DNA of 64,000 nucleotides from Haliotis cracherodii. Its lineage: Eukaryota. Position numbers and translations under genes: made by a program. Shown one piece after another: positions 41,621 through 54,702 of this stretch. Location of the stretch: contig NW_027266290.1 in the NCBI RefSeq assembly GCF_022045235.1, positions 2,542,001-2,606,000 of the forward strand, given 5' to 3'. Position 1 is the first letter of the stretch, and every line of letters begins with the position of its first letter. The notes under the pieces are model-generated. The model saw nothing but the letters and a program-made list of their open reading frames with translations, did no database searches and had not been told where the DNA came from.

Positions 41621-42011
41621 CCAGGTTTTCATCCATCGCATCCTCCTGTGCACTGTTAGTAATCCTGTGAACCATCTGTTGTCTCGGACCCCCTGTATTC
41701 CGAGCACCCGCCATGAAGCGACTGTCAATGTCATTGTCATCATAGAAACCACTAGCATCCACTCCTTTTGATGAATAGGTATCTTGAGAGTCTCGGTAGG
41801 TATCGACTTTTGTTTTCAGTGGACTTGCTTTCGGTTCTGACTTTGTCGGGGGTAACGGGTTAGGGTCCTTGCTACCGCTCCACCAATTCTTGATTCCACC
41901 GAATACACTTTTGATATTGTTAAGATGTTTCTGAGATGATGTGAGGGTACGATTGACGTCATCTGTTTTCTTTTCAATGTTGTTTAGCGTCTCTGCCTGA
42001 CGAGACAGCTC
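41621..42011 (-). CDS. SNAP29: SNAP29 exon 2 (ELSRQAETLNNIEKK...SQKHLNNIKSVFGGIKNWW...EDAMDENL)
   Basis: tttcag acceptor, G|gtgggt donor; SQKHLNNIKSVFGG typical of SNAP29; missed by the ORF track. Confidence 0.93.
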
Positions 42012-43115
42012 CTGAAACAGAAGCCAGAAGGGTTAAGGGTTACTGGTAATGAGACAGGTGTGATCATGGTGATACTAGACTGAAACATTCATTCATCGTG
42101 TTCATTGCAGCTGTCAAGATTCTGATCTGATCAACATGATCAGTGACAAGTCAGATCACTCTTAATAGTCTTAACTGACTCTGTGGACATTATGCTTCAC
42201 TCCCAAAGATAAATCAACCCATGGATTATCTAGGTTATGAAACAAATGGCCTCTGTCAGGCAAATTGTTGCTGTTAAGTGTTATCAATCAGCAAAATACA
42301 TGTCATGTCTGTAAAGGTATATAACCATAACTATAGTGAATAATCAGTTTAGTTTACAGTGATATAAATTAACAGTTTTAGCATGTTTAGCCCACTAGTC
42401 CTTATAATGATAACATATAGCAAAACCCTTTACCTATTGGGCAGTTTGTCAAGGACTATAGTACTAGTGCCAATTTCTAAAGCTGATTTACTGCCACAGG
42501 TACTGTAGTAAAAATTGTAACAGTTTTGTGTTATTATCGTTATCATGGTTAAAGCTGAAACATTACAAAGTGAAATGAAAAGGCAAATATAGACTCTTGA
42601 CTTGAACCTAAGCCTAAGGATCGTGTGAGGGCGTTTGATTGGAAAAGGGCACCTAACCCTAATGATCGTAAGGGGTGCTTGATCAGAAAGGGGGTGAAAG
42701 GGCTTATCTATCCTAACTAATGGCTACTGCTCAAGCACATCAGGGTTAACAATTGGGTTCTGATCACTAGGTAAACAAGTACTAATTATTATTGATAGCA
42801 CCAATGGTCCTGTGGTAAAGTGTTGGCTCATTAGATTAACGCCTTACTCAATTAAAATCCAAATGGGTGTGCCAAACGGTAAAGTACAGTACTGAATAGA
42901 TGTCAGATAGAGAGATGCAGGTATAGAAACTAACAGTTTTAGTCCACTAGCCCTAATTATGATAACATATAGAAAAACATGTATAAATGGCACATTTCTA
43001 CTAGTCCTTATGATACCTTTACTATTGGCCGGTTTGGCAAGGCCCACAGGACTAGTGCCAATTTCTATTGCTGTAGATGGATGGATAGATAGATGGATAG
43101 ATAGATAGACAGATA

Positions 43116-43294
43116 GTGAGTGAGCATGGTTTTACGCCGCTTTTAGCAATATTCCAGCAACATCACCGCGGGAGACACCAGAAATAGGCTTCATACATCA
43201 TGATACACATGTAAATTGTACCCATGTGAGAAATCGAATCTGGGTGTTCAGTGTGACGAGCGAACGCTTTAACCACTGGGCTACCCCACTGCAC
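43116..43294 (-). mobile_element. SINE family A copy (diverged), in SNAP29 intron 1
   Basis: Similarity to the 6269 copy. Confidence 0.8.
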
Positions 43295-43532
43295 CAGATG
43301 TCGGATAGTAAAAGCGGAACATACTCAGCTACGATTTCGGAAGTACCTTGTCCATGACTCATAGTCACAATGCAGATATTTCAGTTATGTTTCAGAGCTA
43401 TTGAAAGCTCTTACTATCCAAACCTTCACCAGTTAACCATCATAACACATAAGACAAATCTAATGAAAACAATTAAACAGCAACTATCAACCACTACCGA
43501 GTATTTGATGAACACAATCGGTCCAAACCAAC

Positions 43533-43766
43533 CTCAGCAGTTTGTATTCCGGTATCTTCTGATTCGTAAATACTGGCGAGGGCTCGTCGTGTACTCTCAA
43601 GTTGTCGAGCTTCCGATTCATCAATCTGTCGCATTAATTGTTCTCGTCTTTCATTTGCATCATTGCTCGTGTTCTGCTGATTTGCTTTCCACGAAGATCC
43701 TCCAAAAGCCATATCCCCATCATCGTCATCTTCGAAAGGGTTGGAACTCTTCTGGTACACAGCCAT
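43533..43766 (-). CDS. SNAP29: SNAP29 exon 1 (MAVYQKSSNPFEDDDD...ESTRRALASIYESEDTGIQTAE)
   Basis: N-terminal acidic NPF motif and start of first SNARE helix; donor GAG|gttggt. Confidence 0.93.
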
Positions 43767-44145
43767 GTTGTTATACGAAGGTGAAGGACGATGTGTTGTA
43801 TGTAAATCTTAAAAAGGAAACGAAAGCGGAATGGAGTCATTTGCGCCGCGAGGCATGGGAAATTTTATATGCAAGCGAAAAGGCTTACGAACATGTAGAC
43901 TGGACACTCTAACACAACATATCATTGTAAATATTAGATTTATTATTATCAAGTGATGCTTCTGTAAATATTTCACTGATCACCTTAAAAAAAATAGTCA
44001 GAGATAAAAAAAAATGAAATTATTAACCGAGTGTGTTTCTGTATCGCATTTAATTGAAGGTCGCAAACCCCGAACACCTGAGAAGATTATGCAGTTGAAA
44101 TTCATATGATCCTTTTTCTGTGAGACGTTGGGATAGTTCAGTGGT

Positions 44146-44274
44146 TAAAGCGTTCGCTCGTCATACCGAAGGCCCGGGTTCAATTCACCACATGGGTAAA
44201 ATGTATGAAACCCATTTCTTGTCCCCCGCCGTGATAAAGTTGGAATATTGCTATAAAACATACTCACTCACTCA
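44146..44274 (+). mobile_element. SINE family A copy (diverged)
   Basis: gtggttaaagcgttcgctcgtca...ccgggttc, actc tail. Confidence 0.78.
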
Positions 44275-47200
44275 TGTTAATCTCAGATGTGATATATATA
44301 TCTGACTATGGTGTAAAACAACATTGTATTACTTACTCCAGTCGTTTAAGGTGCTTCGATTCGTTGTACAGAGTTGCGTCCCTTAGACTAGACAGGATCT
44401 GATGGTCGGGGTTTCAGTCCAAGAGTCGCCCTGATTATGGGGGAGCTGTGCAGATTTCCATAAAATTTAAATCAAACAGAGCTTTTTGCGCCTAAAAAGA
44501 ACTATAAGTTGTAGCAGGACTACTCGGAGTACATGGGGGTTTCTGCGTCCCAGGTTAGGTCTTATACCACTCGCCATACTCAACACACGTGGGACGCATG
44601 AAACCCCATGTATCCCGGGTGATCATGCTACGACGAATTGATCTTACCGATATGTTTTTAATATGATATTGTAAAATAATTCATACAAATTTAAAACTTG
44701 ATTTGAAGCGAGGTAAAAGTGATTTATTCTCCCGCTCTGAAATCCGCGGAAGCCTGACTTGTTCGTAGCGGGGTATAAGAGATTTATTCTATTAAGATCA
44801 CGTGAACCAATCAGATCTCATCATTCTGACATGGAGGTATGATAATAGAATGTGTGCTTTACAAAGAAATTGTTATCCCACATATGACATGTGTTAAATT
44901 TGACCCCTTTCAAAATGGCATTGTGTACTCATACCAAAATTAGTATAATGCCAGTCTATATATACATATCATAATTCTTAAGAAAGCGTCTACACAGAGA
45001 CCGAGATTCACCCATATTCAAGTCGCGAGTTGCACGATTCCCATGTGCAGAAAAAACCCTAAACAAATCAAAGTTTGTTTTGGCTTGACGGCCAGTGCTT
45101 GCGCGTAGATCAGTATTCCAACGTACCCTGTTTCAAACTTACAACTTTTGTGTAAATTAAAATCTTAGCTCCAGTACGTTTATGTTTCAGCGGAGTTGTA
45201 GACTGGAAGAACTGGTTCACTGTGTCCCAGTTTGTCAAGGACTATACGACTAGTATGCCAATTTCTAACGCTGATTTACTGCCTCAGCTACTATAGTAAA
45301 AACTGTAACTATTTTGTGTTATTATCGTTATCATGGTTATAGATGAAACATTACAATGTGAAATGAAAAGGCAAATATAGATCCTTGACTTGAACCTAAC
45401 CCTAAGGATCGTGTGAGGGCGTTTGATTGGGAAGGGGCACCAAACTCGTAAGGGTGCTGGATCAGAAAGGAGATGAAAGGGCTAATCTATCCTAACTGAT
45501 GGCTACTGGTCAAGTGCATCAAGGGAAACAATCGGGTTCTGATTCTGATGACAAGCACTAATTATTGGTGATAGCATCAAATTGAAAATCCAGTTTGACT
45601 GAATACTAGTCAAATCGGTGTCTGGGGTTTTGAGGTTATTAAGTAAAGAATAATGTTTGATTTTTTTTTTTTTAAATATAGAAAAAATAATGAAGGGACT
45701 AATAACCATATACTGCAAAGCCCCTTGGGATTCGGTACGGAAATAAACCCCCGGGCAAAAGAAAGTATACACTTGAAAATTGGATCTGACCAAACAATTA
45801 CAAACATTATCAAAACGTTACTAGGATGAAAACAGTCGCGGAATCACTGCAAACTTAATATCCCAAACATAACTGTGATACCCATATCAAATACATCACC
45901 ATCGTATACTCATTTCATGTTTGTTTCATTTCAATCACCATCAAACATAGGTGTATCCTTTCTGTTGCCAGGCAGTTTAGGCCACCAGCAACCAATGGTT
46001 GTCGGAAGAGGCTCTAAATGGGTCGGGGGGTTAGGCTCGCTGACTTGGTTGATTGCATGTCATCGTATTCCACTTGCGTGGATCTATGTGCATGTCAATC
46101 ACTGGATTGTCTGGTCCAGACTCGATTATTTTCAGACAGTCTTCATACAACTGGAATATCGTTGAATGCGGCGTTAAACAACAAACATACATAACACAGC
46201 GGTTTTTTTGTTTAAAATTCTTTTATTGGATTATCTTTGCATAATTGTGGATATTCTCATCCATACAAGAAAGTAATTGTGTTAAAAAAGTATTTAATCT
46301 GAAAACAGACATTTTGTACGGAACTTCTGGTAGGTAGTGAGGTGGTTCCTTGTCGCGGGATACTTGTGAGATGGCCCCTGGATTGTATGCGGTAGCGTTC
46401 ATGGCGACAACAGAAGGACATTTGTGGTTGTATCCCAGAGGCTTATCCAGATAGGTGGGGGAAAATCCCGACCCCTCCCCTTTAAAAATGCTGGATCCAC
46501 CCTTGGAATACAGGAACTACAGAAATAAAATTAGTACTTAAAATTTTAGGTAATACTGTCAGGAAATGAGATTCTGAATGGTGGGATAATACTATTCTGG
46601 GCAGTATATCACATTACACCTGTGGAACGATTCATCGAGCGATACGATAGTATCAGTAGGTTATACGTATCGATACAACACTAGTGCCAAATTCGCCGTA
46701 TTATACGTCCTGCTCCAGTTAGTAAATCTGTAAATAATCTTTGTAAGCGCACCCTACTAAGACCGAAAAGGTAATAACAGTCTGTATTTCATGAGTATAT
46801 TAGATATATTTACAGAACACGGAATCTTAGAAGGGCTTTATAATTACCTGGTTTTGAACTATTATAGAAACATTTTTAAGGTTTAATGACGTTTGAACTA
46901 AGATTTTTTCAATGCCGCTCTATCCCTGAATATAAATTTAACTCGTTTTTATGGTTTTAATAAGCGTCCCAGTTTGTCAAATTGCGGGCCAAGTGCTCTT
47001 ATTAAGGTGAATACGGCCAATATATGGTGGACATGTCAAATGGTATGAACATAAAGTATAAAATGTTATTTTCTGCTTGTAAGTAGAAGCGTCTCAAACG
47101 ACATTCTTAATTAATTGTCTCAAATCGACAATGTGTTGTTATCTGAGAGAGAAACAAATACACCACCCGAAACAATAACCGAAACATTACCTTTGTCTCC

Positions 47201-47399
47201 AACAGTCCCAGGCTTCCATTACCATCTACCTTGGGCCTAGGCGAGCTTATGAAAAATGAACAAAGGTTTAATTTGAAAGATAAACAGATTTAATTAGCGC
47301 AAGCACAAAACCAGAAGAGCCAAATATATTGTCCAAAAATGTCTAAAATGTAAAGAGCACTGTGATCTAAATAAGACAATGTCACCAGATGTCACTGAT

Positions 47400-48619
47400 T
47401 CAAGCGTCCATCTTGCGAGCACGGAACACACTCCTGAAGAAGCCGGTCACACGAGATCTGATGGTTCTCACGGTGGACTGGGGCTGTGTGACTTCCTCGT
47501 GGAGGTCAATCTCTTCGAAGTGGGAGGCATCGGGGAGGGTGGGGCTGGTGAGGGGCACGGAGGTGGACACGGGGGTAGGGGTGTGGGAGGCGGGCAATTC
47601 AGACAGGGGGTCAAGGATGGTGAAGTATCGGCACGTAGCACGCTGATAGGAAGGTGGAGAAGGATTTATAGACAGAGATAGAAAGTGGTGGACGTGTATG
47701 TTACAAGCAGCATTGGATGAGTGTTATGCTGTTAGAGAAATGTGAGAGGAAGACACAATGAACAGAACGGCCTGGTGTCACTAGCTATCGATAGTAGTTA
47801 TTACGTATGTCAAGAATACAAATCTCAGGCAAACATTGTGTTAAAAATACATGCACTTAGATTAAATAAAATAGTCAACAAACATGATGTTATTATTCCC
47901 GATTCAACCTACTTGGCGGGGAGGGGCCCAGATATCAAAGTTCAGGGGGAATCTGATGATCAGATCTACAGGTGCAACAGCAAAGAAGAAAGACATATAA
48001 AAAAGTTGGTTTTTTTAAATATCCGAAATTTAGCTTTCAAAACATGCTGTAAATAACGCCGTGAGTGGTGATTTAGTAATGTGTAAAAAATGGCGACATT
48101 TAAGATTTACCTAATTTTCAGAGGTCATTTTCAGTACATTTGCTTGGCCTAAAATGCCAGTGAAAGGTATCACAGAAAAGGGAATTTTCCCACATTATTC
48201 AAAACTGTGAAGTGTTTCTGTGTGTGTGATGTATTTTGAATTTTATTCGACTTCAAAGTGGGGGTTGAAGAGGAGGTACATATATGTCCCTCTGGCATTC
48301 AGGGGGTTAAATATTTGATCTTATTTGTTTTCAAAATTTCGCTTGCGAATACTTCGCGGATGATCACTAGCAGTTCTATGCATGGGAACGTTCAATGCTT
48401 TCATGAAACAAAGTCTGAGAAAACCAAAACGGCAACATCGCCAGCTCAAAAAACTACAAAACACAATCGAAATGTTATTGAAATTAAACAAATCTGTTCG
48501 AGTTGGGCTACTATGCATTGATTAAAACAAAGAAATAAGGGTGTAATGAGACGAAATGTTCGAACCAATGAGACCTAGATACCTTTATCGTACTGGTTCA
48601 TATTAGCGTAGGTAGACAT
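47400..48619 (-). CDS. Putative novel 110-aa protein, copy 1; exons 48619-48583, 47965-47913, 47642-47400
   Basis: ATG exon ending AAG|gtatct; pyrimidine tract+tag, exon 2, |gtaggt; long pyrimidine tract+cag, exon 3, TGA; phases 1 and 0 compatible; C-ending codon bias. Confidence 0.72.
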
Positions 48620-51051
48620 GATCCCAATACAACGTAGACAAGTGATGAATACTGAGTGTGACAAGTTCAGTGACAGCAATGGCGATGACCGTTTAGATCA
48701 AGAGTGAATCGTCGTCAAGGCGACGTCATGAATCTCGCGAGAAAGTAGTAGAATCTCGTAGCCGTCCAGATGAAACACTCTCAACCCTCTGAGCAGATGG
48801 AGATATCAAACCTGACACATGTCGCATTTCTGTACGAACACCAGCATTTATTACTCAAAATAAACTTTATACGACCCCCTTGTCAAAGGGGGGTTACTCT
48901 TATCCTGTGAGATCGCCGAATGAAGTTACGCCCCCTCGATGTTTCGCAAATGTTGAAAGAGTTTCGACCCCTCCCCTTTAAAAATGCTCCTAACTATTAT
49001 GATCGTAAGGGTGCTGGATCAGAAAGGGGATGAAAGGGCTAATCTATCCTAACTGATGGCTACTGCTCAAGCACATCAAGGGAAACAATCGGGTTCTGAT
49101 TCTGATAACAAGCACTAATTATTGGTGATAGCATCAAATTGAAAATCCAGTTTGATTGAATACTAGTCAAATCGGTGTCTGAAAAAAAAAAAAAAAAAAA
49201 TATAGAAAAAAAAATGAAGGGACTAATAACCATATACTGCAAAGCCCCTGGGGATTCGGTACGAAAATAAACCCCCGGGCAAAAGAAAGTATACACTTGA
49301 AAATTGGATCTGACCAAACAATTACAAACATTATCTAAACGTTACTAGGCTGAAAACAGTCGCGGAATCACTGCACACTTAATATCCCAAACATAACTGT
49401 TATACCCATATCAAATACATCACCATCGTATACTCATTTCATGTTTGTTTCATTTCAATCACCATCAAACATAGGTGTATCCTTTCTGTTGCCAGGCAGT
49501 TTAGTCCCCCAGCAACCAATGGTTGTCGGAAGAGGCTCTAAATGGATCAGGTGGTTAGGCTCGCTGACTTGTTGATTGCATGTCATCGTATTCCACTTTC
49601 GTGGATCTATGTGCATGTCAATCACTGTATTGTCTGGTCCAGACTCGATTATTTTCAGACAGTCTTCATACAACTGGAATATCGTTGAATGCGGCGTTAA
49701 ACAACAAACATACATAACACAGCGTTTTTTTTGTTTAAAATTCTTTTATTGGATTATCTTTGCATAATTGTGGATATTCTCATCCATACAAGAAAGTAAT
49801 TGTGTTTAAAAAGTATTTAATTTGAAAACAGACATTTTGTACGGAACTTCTGGTAGGTAGTGAGGTGGTTCCTTGTCGCGGGATACTTGTGAGATGGCCC
49901 CTGGATTGTATGCGGTAGCGTTCATGGCGACAACAGAAGGACATTTGTGGTTGTATCCCAGAGGCTGATTCGGGGGGTGGGGGAAAATCCCGACCCCTCC
50001 CCTTTAAAAATGCTGGATCCACCCTTGGAATACAGGAACTACAGAAATAAAATTAGTACTTAAAATTTTAGGTAATACTGTCAGGAAATGAGATTCTGAA
50101 TGGTGGGATAATACTTTTCTGGGCATTACGACTGTCACGTTACACCTGTGGAACGATTCTTCGACCGATACGATGGTATCAGTAGGTTATACGTATCGAT
50201 ACAACACAAGCGCCAAATTCGCCGTATTATACGTCCTGCTCCAGTTAGTAAATCTGTAAATAATCTTTGTAAGCGCACCCTACTAAGACCGAAAAGGTAA
50301 TAACAGTCTGTATTTCATGAGTATATTAGATATATTTACAGAACACGGAATCTTAGAAGGGCTATATAATTACCTGGTTTTGAACTATTATAGAAACATT
50401 TTTAAGGTTTAATGACGTTTGAGCTAAGATTTTTTCAAAGCCGCTCTATCCCTGAATATAAATTTAACTCGTTTTTATGGTTTTAATAAGCGTCCCAGTT
50501 TGTCAAATTGCGGGCCAAGTGCTCTTATGAATACGGCCAATATATGATGGACATGTCAAATGGTATGAACATAAAGTATAAAATGTTATTTTCTGCTTGT
50601 AAGTAGAAGCGTCTCAAACGACGTTCTTAATTAATTGTCTCAAATCGACTGAGTATGTTTCAGTTGGTTTATAATTCATTTAATATTTCTTTAACATGTC
50701 AAGTGTCAAATTTACATGTATGGTGTTGTGTCACATATCGCGACTTTACAATTTGACTTTACACGCTAGGTGTCCTGAATCAATGTGTTGTTATCTGAGA
50801 GAGAAACAAATACACCACCCGAAACAATAACCGAAACATTACCTTTGTCTCCAACAGTCCCAGGCTTCCATTACCGTCTACCTTGGGCCTAGGCGAGCTT
50901 ATGAAAAATGAACAAAGGTTTAATTTGAAAGATAAACAGATTTAATTAGCGCAAGCACAAAACCAGAAGAGCCAAATATATTGTCCAAAAATGTCTAAAA
51001 TGTAAAGAGCACTGTGATCTAAATAAGACAATGTCACCAGATGTCACTGAT

Positions 51052-52269
51052 TCAAGCGTCCATCTTGCGAGCACGGAACACACTCCTGAAGAAGCCGGTC
51101 ACACGAGATCTGATGGTTCTCACAGTGGACTGGGGCTGTGTGACTTCCTCGTGGAGGTCAATCTCTTCGAAGTGGGAGGCATCGGGGAGGGTGGGGCTGG
51201 TGAGGGACACGGAGGTGGACACGGGGGTAGGGGTGTGGGAGGCAGGCAATTCAGACAGGGGGTCAAGGATGGTGAAGTATCGGCACGTAGCACGCTGATA
51301 GGAAGGTGGAGAAGAATTGATAGACAGAGATAGAAAGAGTTGGACGTGTATGTTACAAGCAGCATTGGATGAGTGTTATGCTGTTAGAGAAATGTGAGAA
51401 GAAGACACAATGAACAGAACTGCCTGGTGTCACTAGCTATCGATAGTACTTATTACGTATGTCAAGAATACAAATCTCAGGCAAACATTGTGTTAAAAAT
51501 ACATGCACTTAGATGAAATAAAATAGTCAACAAACATGATGTTATTATTCCCGATTCAACCTACTTGGCGGGGAGGGGCCCAGATATCAAAGTTCAGGGG
51601 GAATCTGATGATCAGATCTACAGGTGCAACAGCAAAGAAGAAAGACATATAAAAAAGTTTGTTTTTTTAAATATCCGAAATTTAGCTTTCAAAACATGCT
51701 GTAAATAACGCCGTGAGTGGTGATTTAGTAATGTGTAAAAAATGGCGACATTTACGATTTACCTAATTTTCAGAGGTCATTTTCAGAACTTTTGCTTGGC
51801 CTAAAATGCCAGTGAAAGGTATCACAGAAAAGGGGATTTCCCACATTATTCATAACTGTGAAGTGTTTCTGTGTGTGTGATGTATTTTGAATTGTATTCG
51901 ACTTCAAAGTGGGGGTTGAAGAGGAGGGACATATATGTCCCTCTGGCATCCAGGGGGTTAAATATTTGATCTTATTTGTTTTCATAATTTCGCTCGCGAA
52001 TACTTCGCGGTGATCACTAGCAGTTCTATGCATGGGAACGTTCAATGCTTTCATGAAACAAAGCCTGAGAAAACCAAAACGGCAACATCGCCAGCTCAAA
52101 AAACTACAAAACACAATCGAAATGTTATCGAAATTAAACAAATCTGTTCGAGTTGGGCTACTATGCATTGATTAAAACAAAGAAATAAGGGTGTAATGAG
52201 ACGAAATGTCCGAACCAATGAGACCTAGATACCTTTATCGTACTGGTTCATATTAGCGTAGGTAGACAT
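51052..52269 (-). CDS. Putative novel 110-aa protein, copy 2; exons 52269-52233, 51617-51565, 51294-51052
   Basis: Same exon lengths and splice sites as copy 1; intact frame. Confidence 0.72.
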
Positions 52270-54702
52270 GATCCCAATACAACGTAGACAAGTGATGAAT
52301 ACTGAGTGTGACAAGTTCAGTGACAGCAATGGCGATGACCGTTTAGATCAAGAGTGAATCGTCGTCAAGGCGACGTCATGAATCTCGCGAGAAAGTAGTA
52401 GAATCTCGTAGCCGTCCAGATGAAACACTCTCAACCCTCTGAGCAGATGGAGATATCTAACCTGACCCATGTCGCATTTCTGTACGAACACCAGCATTTA
52501 TTACTCAAAATAAACTTTATACGACCCCCTTGTCAAAGGGGGGTTACTCTAATCCTGTGAGATCGCCGAATGAAGTTACGCCCCCTCGATGTTTCGCTAA
52601 TGTTGAAAGAGTTTCGACCCCTCCCCTTTAAAAATGCTCCTAACTCTTATGATCGTAAGGGTGCTGGATCAGAAAGGGGATGAAAGGGCTAATCTATCCT
52701 AACTGATGGCTACTGCTCAAAGCACATCAAGGGAAACAATCGGGTTCTGATTCTGATAACAAGCACTAATTACTGGTGATAGCATCAAATTGAAAATCCA
52801 GTTTGATTGAATACTAGTCAAATCGGTGTCTGAAAAAAAAAAAAAAATATATAGAAAAAAAAATGAAGAGACTAATAACCATATACTGCAAAGCCCCTGG
52901 GGATTCGGTACGAAAATAAACCCCCGGGCAAAAGAAAGTATACACTTGAAAATTGGATCTGACCAAACAATTACTAACATTATCAAAACGTTACTAGGCT
53001 GAAAACAGTCGCGGAATCACTGCAAACTTAAACCCATATCAAATACATCACCATCGTATACTCATTTCATGTTTGTTTCATTTCAATCACCATCAAACAT
53101 AGGTGTATCCTTTCTGTTGCCAGGCAGTTTAGGCCACCAGCAACCAATGGTTGTCGGAAGAGGCTCTAAATGGATCAGGTGGTTAGGCTCGCTGACTTGG
53201 TTGATTGCATGTCATCGTATTCCACTTGCGTGGATCTATGTGCATGTCAATCACTGGATTGTCTGGTCCAGACTCGATTATTTTCAGACAGTCTTCATAC
53301 AACTGGAATATCGTTGAATGCGGCGTTAAACAACAAACATACATAACACAGCGTTTTTTTTGTTTAAAATTCTTTTATTGGATTATCTTTGCATAATTGT
53401 GGATATTCTCACCCATACAAGAAAGTAATTGTGTTAAAAAAGTATTTAATCTGAAAACAGACATTTTGTACGGAACTTCTGGTAGGTAGTGAGGTGGTTC
53501 CTTGTCGCGGGATACTTGTGAGATGGCCCCTGGATTGTATGCGGTAGCGTTCATGGCGACAACAGAAGGACATTTGTGGTTGTATCCCAGAGGCTGATCC
53601 AGATAGGTGGGGGAAAATCCCGACCCCTCCCCTTTACAAATGCTGGATCCACCCTTGGAATACAGGAACTACATAAATAAAATAAGTACTTAAAATTTTA
53701 GGTAATACTGTCAGGAAATGAGATTCTGAATGGTGGGATAATACTTTTCTGGGCACTACGACTATCACGTTACACCTGTGGAACGATTCATCGAGCGATA
53801 GGATGGTATCAGTAGGTTATACGTATACGTATCGATACAACACTGGTGCCAAATTCGCCGTATTATACGTCCTGCTCCAGTTAGTAAATCTGTAGATAAT
53901 CTTTGTAAGCGCACCCTGCTACGTATACTAAGACCAAAAAGGTAATAACAGTCTGTATTTCATGAGTATATTAGATATATTTACAGAACACGGAATCTTA
54001 CAAGGGCTATATAAATACTTGGTTTTGAACTATTATAGAAACATTTTTAAGGTTTAATGACGTTTGAGCTAAGATTTTTTCAAAGCCACTCTATCCCTGA
54101 ATATAAATTTAACTCGTTTTTATGGTTTTAATAAGCGTCCCAGTTTGTCAAATTGCGGGCCAAGTGCTCTTATTGAGGCGAATACGGCCAATATATGGTG
54201 GACATGTCAAATGATATGAACATAAAGTATAAAATGTTATTTTCTGCTTGTAAGTAGAGGCGTCTCAAACGACGTTCTTGATTAATTGTCTCAAATCGAC
54301 TGAGTATGTTTCAGTTGGTCTATAATTCATTTAATATTTCTTTAACATGTCAAGTGTCGAATTTACATGTATGGTGTTGTGTCACATATCGCGACTTTAC
54401 AATTTGACTTTACACGCTAGGTGTCCTGAATCAATGTGTTGTTATCTGAGAGAGAAACAAATACACCACCCGAAACAATAACCGAAACATTACCTTTGTC
54501 TCCAACAGTCCCAGGCTTCCATTACCGTCTACCTTGGGCCTAGGCGAGCTTATGAAAAATGAACAAAGGTTTAATTTGAAAGATAAACAGATTTAATTAG
54601 CGCAAGCACAAAACCAGAAGAGCCAAATATATTGTCCAAAAATGTCTAAAATGTAAAGAGCACTGTGGTCTAAAAAAGACAATGTCACCAGATGTCACTG
54701 AT

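Noticed and set aside
43370-43912. 180-aa + strand ORF
   Set aside because: Antisense to SNAP29 exon 1 with no recognisable features
47379-47681. + strand Gly-rich 100-aa and 85-aa ORFs repeated in every array unit
   Set aside because: Antisense shadows of orphan exon 3; splice signals, codon bias and synonymous pattern favour the - strand
48109-48130. Alternative donor ag|gtaaat in orphan intron 1
   Set aside because: The frame needed to join exon 2 has a stop just upstream; could only be a non-coding or NMD exon
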